Source of the DNA: Breznakia blatticola
Lineage (GTDB): Bacteria; Bacillota_I; Bacilli_A; Erysipelotrichales; Erysipelotrichaceae
NCBI RefSeq assembly: GCF_004365815.1
Contig: NZ_SODD01000037.1
Coordinates: 1-25,975, forward strand
Reading direction: 5' to 3'
DNA length: 25,975 nucleotides
A program made the translations under genes and the position numbers. Positions 7,810-17,095 of this stretch are shown piece after piece; within the stretch, counting starts at the first letter, position 1; every line of letters starts with the position of its first letter. The notes beneath the pieces are model-generated. The model was given only the letters and a program-made list of their open reading frames with translations, ran no database searches and was not told the DNA's origin.

Positions 7810-9264
7810 TTACTTCCACTCTTCGAACTCATCATAAACTTCTTTATACTCTTTTGCACTGTGTTCCCAACTCACGTCAGTTGCCATAGCATTTCGTACA
7901 AGTTGTTTGTAGTCTTTTGGATTGTCATAGTAACATTCCAACGCACGATATACAGCATCAACCATTTCCCAACCATTGAAATTGGCAAAGCTAAATCCAG
8001 TTCCTTCTTTTGTATATTGATTATATGGAATGACTGTATCTTTTAACCCACCAGTTTCTCTAACAATTGGTAAGGTTCCATAATGCATGGAGATAAGTTG
8101 TGAAATTCCACATGGTTCAAATTTTGAAGGCATCAAAAATCCATCACAGGCTGCATAAATTTGATGTGCAAGATCTTCATTGTAGCCGCAATAGAAGACA
8201 AACTTTCCTTTGTTTCCTGCTTCTACTGCTCGAAAATCATTTTCTATATCTGCATCACCACTACCAAGCACCACAATTTGCATATTTGCTGCAATCAAAG
8301 CACCCATTTCTTGTTGCACAAGATTCAATCCTTTTTGACCAGTTAATCGTGTAACTAATCCAACTACATATACATCTGGATCTTCTTGTAATCCAAGTGC
8401 TTTTTGTAATGCCAGTTTATTAAGTTTCTTGTTTTTGAAAACATTGACCTTATTGTAGTTATGTGGCAGTGTTGCATCTGTTTTTGGATTCCAAACATCT
8501 ACATCAATTCCATTCACAATTCCACGTAAGCTTTGAGCACGCATTTGAAGTACATGTTCCAAATGTTCACCATACTCACTTGTTAGAATTTCTTGTGCAT
8601 AAGTTGGTGATACGGTTGTCACCTTATCTGCATAGACAATTCCACTTTTCATAAAGGAAATTCCAGTATCAAAGCGAACATTTCCGTTGTCATATAAATG
8701 CATACTTAAACCTAAACATCCATCTAACATATCTTTAGAGAAGTTTCCTTGATATGCAAGATTATGAATGGTGTACACATGACGAATGTTTAAATAACGT
8801 GGATCGTGTAAGAAGTTTTCCTTACACATCACTGGAATCATACCTGTATGCCAATCATGCGAGTGCATCACATTTGGAAAATAGTCCAGTTGATTGCACA
8901 TTTCAAGAACTGCTTTTTGGAAATATGCAAAACGTTCACCATCATCTTGATAACCGTAAAGTGCACCTTCACGTTCAAAATACCCTTGGTGTTCAACAAA
9001 GTAGTAACGTACATCTTCATAAACGCTTGTTAATAAACGTACAGGTACTTCTACATAATTGATATTTACAGAATACTCACAAACAAATTCTAATTCTTCG
9101 TGATTTTTTTCAGCGATTTTTTTATACAATGGGATAACAACACGAACATCCAATCCCAACTTTAATAATTCTTTTGGTAGAGAACCAACAACATCTGCAA
9201 GTCCACCACTCTTAATATATGGCAGTGCTTCTGCTGCCACAAATAATACTTTTTTCTCACTCAT
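7810..9264 (-). CDS. glgA: Glycogen synthase (ADP-glucose type), 484 aa
   Basis: The N-terminus KVLFVAAEALPYIKSGGLADVVGSLPKEL is the GlgA KxGGL signature. The start is set at the ATG at 9264 (AGGTG 6 nt upstream) rather than the GTG at 9273, which abuts the glgD stop. Confidence 0.9.
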   Translation of the reverse strand: MSEKKVLFVAAEALPYIKSGGLADVVGSLPKELLKLGLDVRVVIPLYKKIAEKNHEELEFVCEYSVNINYVEVPVRLLTSVYEDVRYYFVEHQGYFEREGALYGYQDDGERFAYFQKAVLEMCNQLDYFPNVMHSHDWHTGMIPVMCKENFLHDPRYLNIRHVYTIHNLAYQGNFSKDMLDGCLGLSMHLYDNGNVRFDTGISFMKSGIVYADKVTTVSPTYAQEILTSEYGEHLEHVLQMRAQSLRGIVNGIDVDVWNPKTDATLPHNYNKVNVFKNKKLNKLALQKALGLQEDPDVYVVGLVTRLTGQKGLNLVQQEMGALIAANMQIVVLGSGDADIENDFRAVEAGNKGKFVFYCGYNEDLAHQIYAACDGFLMPSKFEPCGISQLISMHYGTLPIVRETGGLKDTVIPYNQYTKEGTGFSFANFNGWEMVDAVYRALECYYDNPKDYKQLVRNAMATDVSWEHSAKEYKEVYDEFEEWK

Positions 9265-9273
9265 TAATAACAC

Positions 9274-10389
9274 CTAAATCCGATCACTTCGTTTAATGTA
9301 TACAGGTTGATCTGCAGTTCCTTCAACTTTTTTCACTTTGTTGATGACTGCATTTTTATCCACAACTGCGTATTCAACAACAACATCTTTACCAATTTTT
9401 GTTCCAGGTAAGATAATCGAATTTCTAACAACAGCTCCTTCTTCAACAATACATCCACGTGAGATAATACTGTTTTCAATCGTTCCTGAAATCAAACATC
9501 CATTTGATACCAGTGAACCTGTTGCTTTTCCACTTTTAAAGTAGTGTGCAGGACTTGAGTCATTAGTTTTTGTATAAACGGGTAAGTCATTATCAAATAA
9601 TTCATTACGTGTATTGATATTTAATAAATCCATTGAGCAATCAAAGTATGCTTTAAAACTATTGATTGCATATAAGTATCCTTTGTATTGGTAGCCACGA
9701 ATATCTAAGTATGCAGTTGCATCTAATACCATATCGCGCATCCAATATAGAGATGAGGTAGTGACTGCTTGGTCAATCATCGCTAAGAAGATATCTTTAT
9801 TCATAATATATGTATCCATGGAAATATTACAATTTGCTTTTCCACCCAGGTTAAGATTCATACTCTTAACCCCTTTTTGTCTATTTAGTTCAATCACATC
9901 ACAGTTGATAAATGCTTCATCTGCATTGTTTACATTTTTATACATCATTGTAATGTCTGCACCTGAATCCTCATGTGCTTTAATAACATCATTAAAATCA
10001 ACTGTATATAACATATAGTTTGAAGTAATCACCACATATTTTTGAGGCATTTCTTCAATACGTTGTCTATTGTAGTTAAATGAGTGAACATCATTTTGGT
10101 AAATACGACTTGCTTGATTATCTTCATCAAACAAGATTTTTAATTCTCCACGTTTGGTATTGATGTTGTACTGACGTCCAGCTCCAACATGTGCAATAAT
10201 ACTTCGTGGTTTTTCATTTACATATAATTGAATATTTTCAATTCCTGAGTTTGTTAGGCTTGATAAAGGGAAGTCAATCAAACGGTAACGTCCAAGAAAT
10301 GACGTTGCTCCCATGGAACGGTATTGGCTTAGCCCTTCAATTTCAAAACCTTTGTTTGAATATACAACAATTCCAAATGCATCAGCCAT
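9274..10389 (-). CDS. glgD: Glucose-1-phosphate adenylyltransferase regulatory subunit GlgD, 371 aa
   Basis: It is a paralog of GlgC lacking the GGxGxRL motif (GATSFLGRYRLIDFPLS). It has a left-handed beta-helix C-terminus. Its position between glgC and glgA matches Firmicutes. TAATG overlap with the glgC stop. Confidence 0.85.
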   Translation of the reverse strand: MADAFGIVVYSNKGFEIEGLSQYRSMGATSFLGRYRLIDFPLSSLTNSGIENIQLYVNEKPRSIIAHVGAGRQYNINTKRGELKILFDEDNQASRIYQNDVHSFNYNRQRIEEMPQKYVVITSNYMLYTVDFNDVIKAHEDSGADITMMYKNVNNADEAFINCDVIELNRQKGVKSMNLNLGGKANCNISMDTYIMNKDIFLAMIDQAVTTSSLYWMRDMVLDATAYLDIRGYQYKGYLYAINSFKAYFDCSMDLLNINTRNELFDNDLPVYTKTNDSSPAHYFKSGKATGSLVSNGCLISGTIENSIISRGCIVEEGAVVRNSIILPGTKIGKDVVVEYAVVDKNAVINKVKKVEGTADQPVYIKRSDRI

Positions 10390-11540
10390 TACGCTTTTCC
10401 CCCTTTACTTGCAATCACATTTTCACTAATCAATTCGATTTCTTTACTGTCCTTGCTACCAACAACAGCATTTTGACCAATGATTACATCTTCCTTGACA
10501 ATCACTCGATCCAAAATCGCACCAGGTTCAACAATAACACCTGGTAATAATACAGAGTCACGAACAATCGCACCTTCACCAATTACGCAACCAAGTGATA
10601 ACACCGAACGTTCCACACACCCATGAATTTCACACCCTTGGTTAATATACGAATGAACAACCGTTCCCGTCTCGCCAATATAGTGTGGTAATGATGTTGA
10701 ATCTTCTGAGTAAATCTTCCAGTTAGGATCATTTAGATTGATCTTATCTGGGTGATATAGTAAGTCCATATTTGATTCCCATAGTGAATCAATTGTACCT
10801 ACATCTTTCCAATATCCACCAAACGTATATGCATATAAACGTTTGTGTTCTTCTAACATCTTTGGAATGATGTTTTTCCCAAAGTCATGCACTGAATCTT
10901 TATCAGTTGCATCATCTGTTAACATCTTACGAAGTTGTTTCCAGTTGAAAATATAAATCCCCATACTTGCCAAATTACTCTTTGGTTGTTCTGGCTTTTC
11001 TTCAAACTCTACAATTCTTCCTTCGCTATCCGTATTCATAATCCCAAAACGGCTTGCTTCTTCCATTGGTACTTCAAGTACTGCAATCGTTGCATCTGCT
11101 CTATTTTTGACGTGCTCTTCTAGCATCATCTCATAGTTCATTTTATAGATGTGATCTCCAGATAAAATCAAAACATACTCCGGATTGTGTCGATCTAAGA
11201 AATCGATATTTTGTGTAATCGCATCTGCAGTTCCTTCATACACATTTAAATCTGCTTCTGCTTTTTCACGTGGTGGAAGTACATAGACACCACTGTCAAA
11301 TGTATCAAGTCCCCATCGTTGTCCTTGACTTGCATATGCATTTAATAGTACTGACTCATACTGCGTCAATACTCCAACGACATTAATATTACTGTTTGCA
11401 CAGTTACTAAGTGGAAAGTCGATGATTCGATATTTTCCACCAAAATGTACTGCTGGTTTTGCCACAGTATCAGTTAAGGCATGCAATCGAGACCCTCTTC
11501 CTCCAGCTAGAATCATTGCTACCATATTACTAGCTTTCAT
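10389..11540 (-). CDS. glgC: Glucose-1-phosphate adenylyltransferase catalytic subunit, 383 aa
   Basis: [10 protein letters not shown]...[20 protein letters not shown] and YWKDVGT motifs. AGAGGGGG lies 9 nt upstream of the ATG. Confidence 0.9.
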   Translation of the reverse strand: MKASNMVAMILAGGRGSRLHALTDTVAKPAVHFGGKYRIIDFPLSNCANSNINVVGVLTQYESVLLNAYASQGQRWGLDTFDSGVYVLPPREKAEADLNVYEGTADAITQNIDFLDRHNPEYVLILSGDHIYKMNYEMMLEEHVKNRADATIAVLEVPMEEASRFGIMNTDSEGRIVEFEEKPEQPKSNLASMGIYIFNWKQLRKMLTDDATDKDSVHDFGKNIIPKMLEEHKRLYAYTFGGYWKDVGTIDSLWESNMDLLYHPDKINLNDPNWKIYSEDSTSLPHYIGETGTVVHSYINQGCEIHGCVERSVLSLGCVIGEGAIVRDSVLLPGVIVEPGAILDRVIVKEDVIIGQNAVVGSKDSKEIELISENVIASKGGKA

Positions 11541-11683
11541 AATAAATAACCCCCTCTTTTCGTATTGTTATACATAAATCATACAACATACTAAAATAAA
11601 ACACTATGGTTTTAATCGATATAGTTATGCAATACTTATACTTTGTCTTTTTCGTTTAAGAAAGTGGAAAATTCAGTCGTTGC

Positions 11684-11715
11684 AAAATAAAAGTGAGTTA
11701 TATATATAACCCACT
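11684..11715 (-). terminator. Rho-independent terminator after pta
   Basis: Minus-strand AGUGGGUUAUAUAUAUAACUCACU hairpin followed by UUUAUUUU, 17 nt after the stop at 11732. Confidence 0.7.
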
Positions 11716-11731
11716 CGACTGTATAAATATC

Positions 11732-12691
11732 TTATTTTTGTGCTGCAGTAATTACTGATACAGAATAGATTTCTTCTGCATTACACCCACGACTTAAGTC
11801 ATTGATTGGTGCATTAAGACCTTGAAGAATTGGTCCAACAGCTTGGAATCCACCAAGACGTTGTGCAATCTTGTATCCAATATTTCCAGCTTCAATTGAA
11901 GGGAAAATAAATGTATTACATTTTCCTGCAACTGTTGAATCTTTTGCTTTTGTGTTAGCAACTTCTGGTGAGATGGCAGCATCAAATTGCAATTCTCCAT
12001 CTACTGGGAAATCTAAGTTCATAAGTTTTAAACGGTTTGCAGCATTACGTACTTTATCTACGCTAGGTCCTGCACCAGATCCTAATGTTGAATAAGATAA
12101 TAATCCCATTGCTGGTTCAACACCAAACACTCTAGCAGTTGCTGCAGTTTCAATTGCAATTTCAACAAGTTGATCTTCTGTTGGATCAATGTTGATTGCA
12201 CAATCACTCATTACATATTTTTCATCTCCACGAGCTAAAATAAATGCACTTGATACAAGTTTTGCTCCTGGTTTTGTTTTGATAATTTGTAAAGCAGGAC
12301 GAACTGTATCAGCAGTTGAATATGTTGCTCCACCAACAAGTCCATCTGCAAGTCCCATAGCAACTAGCATCGTACCAAAGTAGTTCCCTTTTTTTACAGC
12401 TGCACTTGCTTGTTCTTTATCCATTTTTCCTTTACGAAGGTCAACAAGTTTTTGAACCATTTCATCATGTCCTTCATAGTTTTCTGGATCGATAATTGTA
12501 ATTCCAGTAATGTCAAATCCTCCAGCATTAGCTGCTGCTTTTACTTCTTCTACATTTCCTAATAAGATTGGTGATAACACTCCATCTTTTTGTAGTTTAG
12601 CAGTTGCCTCTAAAATACGAACATCTGTCCCTTCTGGGTAAACAATGCGAATGTTTTTCCCTTTAATTTTATCTAACATACATGTTAACAT
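11732..12691 (-). CDS. pta: Phosphate acetyltransferase (short PTA_PTB-only form), 319 aa
   Basis: IVYPEG.D.RIL.A, GLADGLVGGA, SDCAIN and NAPINDLSRGC motifs typical of Firmicute Pta. AGAGGT lies upstream of the ATG. Confidence 0.88.
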   Translation of the reverse strand: MLTCMLDKIKGKNIRIVYPEGTDVRILEATAKLQKDGVLSPILLGNVEEVKAAANAGGFDITGITIIDPENYEGHDEMVQKLVDLRKGKMDKEQASAAVKKGNYFGTMLVAMGLADGLVGGATYSTADTVRPALQIIKTKPGAKLVSSAFILARGDEKYVMSDCAINIDPTEDQLVEIAIETAATARVFGVEPAMGLLSYSTLGSGAGPSVDKVRNAANRLKLMNLDFPVDGELQFDAAISPEVANTKAKDSTVAGKCNTFIFPSIEAGNIGYKIAQRLGGFQAVGPILQGLNAPINDLSRGCNAEEIYSVSVITAAQK

Positions 12692-12803
12692 TTTTCTCTT
12701 ACCTCTTTCTTTGCGATACTTTCCGTATCTATTATACTCCTTTTATACAACTTTTCACATATCTTGTTTGATATAAAGAAATATATGGAAGCGCATGCAT
12801 TAT

Positions 12804-12833
12804 GCAAAAAAATCCTATTATTGATATAGGACC
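12804..12833 (-). terminator. Rho-independent terminator after the secreted HExxH protein gene
   Basis: Minus-strand GGUCCUAU-AUCAAUA-AUAGGAUU followed by a U-run of 7. Confidence 0.6.
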
Positions 12834-12843
12834 TTTTTACATA

Positions 12844-13950
12844 TTATATAAGTACACGTTGTTCAATATATGTATACGTTTGTGGTGCATTTGATAATAA
12901 TGTTTGTTTATCATAATAGTAAAAGACAACTGCATTCGCTAACCATTCATATGTATTATCATTCATGTTTGCACTAAATTTTACAGGTAGTTTCCCTTTT
13001 TCACTTACATAGATTGCTTCAAATTCTGGCGTGCGGGAAATTGTTGAATAAAAGTCATATGCATGAGTTGCTTCATGTAGAGCAGTTGTTGCATAATACG
13101 CGGCTCCATTTAACCATAGACGGCCATCACTATATGCCATACCTAAATATGGATAGGGTTTGCTAGTATCAATCAGTATTGTATGAAGATTGCATTGATT
13201 ATAAGTAACGGGAAGTGATTCAAGTTCATTTACATATGAGCGAATCACATCATCAGATACATCGCTTCCAGCAATAATCTTCCAGCCACGAACTTGTAAA
13301 TTGCTACGATCCAAACTTGACATACTTGGACTTTGACTTGCTAGTGATTCTGTTGGTGCGATACTTTGTATTTGCGTTTGTGGCTGTATTACAATCTCTT
13401 TTTCATGTACATGAACATGTATTTGTTTACGTGAAGATTTTTGATTTACATCACTTGCCTCAATAACAATCGAATAATCACCAGCAACTTCAGTATTTAC
13501 ATCGTTTTCAATAATGTCATAGTTTAGTTTTCCATCAACGACATCATATGCTGCAATTTCCAGTTGTTCGATACTAAATGTATCCCCTACTTCAAGCTCG
13601 ATTTCATCTACCTTGGTTTCAATAATAGGTACTTGTGTATCTTCCATTTTGACATATACATCAACTACTTCATTTGCTACATCATCTGTACTATCTGACG
13701 TTTTTACTTCAACAGTAAAAATATATGCATCTACATCTTTTTGTGCTTCCTCTTTAAAAGTTACAATCACTTTATCGTCTCTTAATAACGCACTTGTAAC
13801 TTCATCTTTAATTTTATCTTTGGTGTTATATTCCACTGTGATTTCTTTATGTGAATATAACATTTCACTTGCGCTTGCTTGATTGGTAAATATAAAAGCT
13901 CCGACCATGATTACAATTAAAATCATGAAAATTCCCCATTTTTTTCTCAT
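12844..13950 (-). CDS. Secreted or membrane-anchored protein, 368 aa: signal/anchor, Ig-like DUF5011-type domain, Ser/Gln-rich linker, C-terminal HExxH (ATLF/M34-like) putative zinc-metallopeptidase domain
   Basis: N-terminal KKWGIFMILIVIMVGAFIF...ASA. The Ig-like pattern is D.Q.P.I...VGD.F......A.D..DG.L.........T...G.Y...I.ASD. The C-terminus is ...ILIDTSKPYPYLGMAYSDGRLWLNGAAYYATTALHEATHAYDF followed by PEFE, which resembles the anthrax lethal-factor-like (ATLF) domain pattern ending in HExxH. The function call rests on motif recall only. Confidence 0.5.
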   Translation of the reverse strand: MRKKWGIFMILIVIMVGAFIFTNQASASEMLYSHKEITVEYNTKDKIKDEVTSALLRDDKVIVTFKEEAQKDVDAYIFTVEVKTSDSTDDVANEVVDVYVKMEDTQVPIIETKVDEIELEVGDTFSIEQLEIAAYDVVDGKLNYDIIENDVNTEVAGDYSIVIEASDVNQKSSRKQIHVHVHEKEIVIQPQTQIQSIAPTESLASQSPSMSSLDRSNLQVRGWKIIAGSDVSDDVIRSYVNELESLPVTYNQCNLHTILIDTSKPYPYLGMAYSDGRLWLNGAAYYATTALHEATHAYDFYSTISRTPEFEAIYVSEKGKLPVKFSANMNDNTYEWLANAVVFYYYDKQTLLSNAPQTYTYIEQRVLI

Positions 13951-14071
13951 CTACTCTCTCCTTCACACACAGTTTATTTATATTTGCGATGATACATCTA
14001 TATATCGCATAAATGATAATTGCAGTTCCCTATTGCAACAAATAATCATTTAACAAATAGAACCATTTTCC

Positions 14072-14100
14072 ATTATAAATACTAGCACATCATGTAGCAA
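14072..14100 (-). promoter_or_regulatory. Sigma-A promoter TTGCTA-17-TATAAT for the secreted HExxH protein gene
   Basis: Hexamers read on the minus strand, with an additional TTGACA immediately upstream (14101-14106). They precede a leader of about 115 nt before the ATG at 13950. Confidence 0.55.
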
Positions 14101-14120
14101 TGTCAATTGAAGTCCACAGG

Positions 14121-14147
14121 CAAATAAAAAGTCACTTGAGTGCCTTT
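14121..14147 (-). terminator. Weak candidate terminator after ogt
   Basis: Imperfect 9-bp stem AAAGGCACU/AGUGACUUU (one mismatch, tiny loop) followed by UUAUUU, immediately after the stop. Confidence 0.35.
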
Positions 14148-14678
14148 CTAAACATCTTTAGGAACAAATAAATCTTGCATATCTACTTGCTCGTGTTGCA
14201 ATAGTGTAATCTTCTTTTCGATTCCTCCAGCATATCCAGTCAAACTTCCATTTGTTCCTACTACACGATGACAAGGAATAATAATGGAAATGGGATTGTG
14301 TCCAACTGCTCCACCGATTGCTTGTGCGGACATTCGTTTGATGCCTTTAGCTTTTGCGATTTGTTTTGCAATATCTTGATAGGTAATTACTTGCCCATAG
14401 GGAATACGCATAAGAATATCCCATACATCTTTGCGAAATGGCGTTCCTACTGGAGCTAAATGCAATTCATCAATTGCTGGTTTCTCGTTACGGAAATAAC
14501 GATCTAACCAACGTTTGGTTTGCATGATTATTTTATGTTGATCATCATTTCTCATTTCTTCGTTGATATTTTGTTTGTAATACTTTTGGTCTTTCATCCA
14601 TACACCAAGTAGTGCATCATCATTTACTGCAATTAATAGTTCACCAATTGGTGAGTGATATATTGATTGTATAATCAT
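14148..14678 (-). CDS. ogt: Methylated-DNA--protein-cysteine S-methyltransferase, 176 aa from the internal ATG
   Basis: Active-site IIIPCHRVV. The start is set at MIIQSIY because GGAG lies 7 nt upstream, directly after the TAG of the upstream gene. Confidence 0.9.
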   Translation of the reverse strand: MIIQSIYHSPIGELLIAVNDDALLGVWMKDQKYYKQNINEEMRNDDQHKIIMQTKRWLDRYFRNEKPAIDELHLAPVGTPFRKDVWDILMRIPYGQVITYQDIAKQIAKAKGIKRMSAQAIGGAVGHNPISIIIPCHRVVGTNGSLTGYAGGIEKKITLLQHEQVDMQDLFVPKDV

Positions 14679-14692
14679 GTTGTTTCTCCATT

Positions 14693-16144
14693 CTACTGAT
14701 TTTCTAATTCCCACAAGCCAATGGTTATATAGCTACGATATGGTTTATATACATCAAATACTTTTTGATCCTCAATTGCATATTGCTGGAATCGTTTTTT
14801 TATTACATAATCTGAAGTTAAAAGAATATCTGTATCGATAAACGTACGTAACGCAACATAATCGAACGTCCAAGCTCCGATACCTCGTATTGCACATACC
14901 ATCTGTTTTGTTTTCTTGTAGTCAGTCATACCTTGCAATTGCAAATTTATTGTACTTAGCAAGTTTGCTACACCCTTTAGAGCATCTACTTTGGTACGTG
15001 TCAGTCCTAGTGGACACAGTACATCATATGCATGATCCATACTTGCCACTTTTTCTGGTGTTGGAAATGCATATTGAAGTCCTTCTATATGTGAACTTAC
15101 TGGTTCACCAAACTGTTCACTAAATCTACCTAACACTTGGATTGCTTGTTTCACACTGACTAATTGTCCAATAATCGCACGGCACACCATTTCAAAATCA
15201 TTTGGTGAGCCTGGAATACGCGTTCCTATTTTATAGCAATCAGGAATTATCGTATTCGCTGACTCTAAGTGCTCATATATAAGATATGGATCACTATGTA
15301 AATCAAACAAATGCCGTACTTTACGAATGACTTGTGGCAATACTTGAATAAGACTTTCAGATATGGTTAATTTTAAGACACTCTGTTTTTCGTCATTTTC
15401 AACGATAATGATTCCATAGATGTATGTATCATTTTGTTTGATTGTTAACACTCGATAATATGTCTTATTTTTGATTTTCTCAATACCTGGTATGAGTCGA
15501 TTTGCCAGAAAAGTTAATAACGCATCATACCGAAATGGTTTCTTATATCCAAGTTTTACGGTAATCGTGTCATCCTTCACCTTTTGACAACCCTTGCGAA
15601 AGTGACTTGGGCTCATCCGATATTGCACTTTAAATGCATCATTGAATCTTCGTAAACTTCTAAACCCAGCAGCATATGCAACATCAACAATACGTAAGGA
15701 AGTATCAGTTAATAAGTTTTTCGCTAATAACAAACGTGCCGTATCTATGTAATTCTTTGGTGAGATATGCAACTCTTCTTGAAATATTCTTCGCAAGTGT
15801 CGATCACTAACTTTCAGCGTTTGAGCTAATTCAGACATACTATGTTCTTCTACATATCCATCATCGATAAGTTGTAATGCTTGTTTCAATATTTGTTTTG
15901 TATGATCTACTTTAGCACTTCCTGGTGCAAGTTCTGGTCGACAGATTAAACAAGGACGAAACCCATGTAGTTCGGCTTCTGCTGCACTTTTATAGAAGGT
16001 GCAATTTTGTTTTTTTGGCATCTTTGCACTACACACAGGTCGACAATAGATTCCAGTCGAGGCAACACTCATAAAGTATTTTCCATCAAAGCGAATATCT
16101 TTTGCTTGAAATGCTTGATATAGATAATCTAAGTTTTCTTTCAT
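14693..16144 (-). CDS. Fusion protein, 483 aa: Ada N-terminal Zn(Cys4) methylphosphotriester domain, AraC-type HTH, AlkA-type DNA-3-methyladenine glycosylase II
   Basis: CRPVC...and...RPCLICRP provide the four Ada zinc-ligand cysteines. This is followed by AraC HTH repeats (SMSELAQTLKVSDRHLRRIF; IVDVAYAAGFRSLRRFNDAFK) and a C-terminal HhH-GPD-like region (GIGAWTFDYVALR). AGGAGG lies 7 nt upstream of the ATG. Confidence 0.8.
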   Translation of the reverse strand: MKENLDYLYQAFQAKDIRFDGKYFMSVASTGIYCRPVCSAKMPKKQNCTFYKSAAEAELHGFRPCLICRPELAPGSAKVDHTKQILKQALQLIDDGYVEEHSMSELAQTLKVSDRHLRRIFQEELHISPKNYIDTARLLLAKNLLTDTSLRIVDVAYAAGFRSLRRFNDAFKVQYRMSPSHFRKGCQKVKDDTITVKLGYKKPFRYDALLTFLANRLIPGIEKIKNKTYYRVLTIKQNDTYIYGIIIVENDEKQSVLKLTISESLIQVLPQVIRKVRHLFDLHSDPYLIYEHLESANTIIPDCYKIGTRIPGSPNDFEMVCRAIIGQLVSVKQAIQVLGRFSEQFGEPVSSHIEGLQYAFPTPEKVASMDHAYDVLCPLGLTRTKVDALKGVANLLSTINLQLQGMTDYKKTKQMVCAIRGIGAWTFDYVALRTFIDTDILLTSDYVIKKRFQQYAIEDQKVFDVYKPYRSYITIGLWELENQ

Positions 16145-16206
16145 ATTGCTACCTCCTTACTGCAAGTATACCACCAATACACAAAGATACTCGCTATTTT
16201 CGGACA

Positions 16207-16240
16207 TAAAAAAAGTAATTGCCAATTTTCAGCAATTACT
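16207..16240 (-). terminator. Rho-independent terminator after folT
   Basis: AGTAATTGC (16214-16222) pairs with GCAATTACT (16232-16240) around a 9-nt loop. A U-run of 7 follows on the minus strand. Confidence 0.75.
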
Positions 16241-16249
16241 TCATTTTCA

Positions 16250-17095
16250 CTATTTTTGTTTACTTGCAAAAGATACTTTGTGGACAAGTTTCACCAAACT
16301 AAAGCCAACGACAATATCAATCGGTATCATTACACAAGCTTTTACCACTCGAATAAACATCGACACAAACCATGGTATGTGATACATCACATCTAACCAT
16401 AAAGGTGTAAGAATAATCGAATATAATACTTCACCTACAATTGCAATCATCATCCATTTTGCAAATGCTGCAGCCGTATCTTCTTTTTGATTTTTTTGCA
16501 TATATCGCAATACGACAAATAAGACAACAATCGCTACACTAATAAATAAGACAATCGACAATTTCATCACCGTTGTAATTGCCACAATATCTTGTCCAAC
16601 TTGGATTTCATCCATTTGGAAAATATATACTGCAGCACCAACACCCAAGCATAATAATACCGTATATATTATACGAAATGCGAGTTTTGGTTCCATCGAC
16701 TGGCTTTTTACATACCATAGTGATGGTAGTAAAGTAACCAAGACGTGACTAAGGGTAAACCCTAAAAACGGTTGATCGGTTGGGACAATTAATAAACCAA
16801 CAAGGTCAAAAACAAGTCCAACCAAGTATGCCCATGATGGTGATAAACTACTACCTGCGACAATTAAGACAAGTATCACAAAGGATAGTTTCACACTTGG
16901 TACCCCAAAGAAGGGGATCATCACCGACAAAGCATTCATAACGGATGCTAATAAGACAAACATTGCGGCGAACACAATATTCTGAATGGTAACTTGAAGG
17001 GGATATTTTTTAAATACAAATAAACATAACCCAATAAGCACCAACAAACAAATAACTTGGACGAGTAAATCGCCACCTGAAAAACCTGAAAACAT
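16250..17095 (-). CDS. folT: Folate-family ECF transporter S component, enlarged (281 aa from the internal ATG; about 9 predicted TM segments)
   Basis: The core LSFVILVLIVAGSSLSPSWAYLVGLVFDLVGLLIVPTDQPFLGFTLSHVL and the C-terminal ILTPLWLDVMY...IRVVKACVMIPIDIVV resemble FolT motifs (..GP..G......D.IG......G.YFPGFTL; LNT.WL). It is adjacent to folC. The start is uncertain: the track start at 17149 is a GTG directly abutting GGAG, which is poor spacing. I prefer the ATG at 17095. Confidence 0.65.
   Translation of the reverse strand: MFSGFSGGDLLVQVICLLVLIGLCLFVFKKYPLQVTIQNIVFAAMFVLLASVMNALSVMIPFFGVPSVKLSFVILVLIVAGSSLSPSWAYLVGLVFDLVGLLIVPTDQPFLGFTLSHVLVTLLPSLWYVKSQSMEPKLAFRIIYTVLLCLGVGAAVYIFQMDEIQVGQDIVAITTVMKLSIVLFISVAIVVLFVVLRYMQKNQKEDTAAAFAKWMMIAIVGEVLYSIILTPLWLDVMYHIPWFVSMFIRVVKACVMIPIDIVVGFSLVKLVHKVSFASKQK

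Noticed and set aside
7810-11540. The glgC-glgD-glgA operon lacks glgB and glgP, unlike the B. subtilis glgBCDAP operon.
   Set aside because: Gene order of glycogen operons varies widely. The branching enzyme and phosphorylase may be elsewhere, and pulA lies 8 kb away. This is not interpretable from one window.
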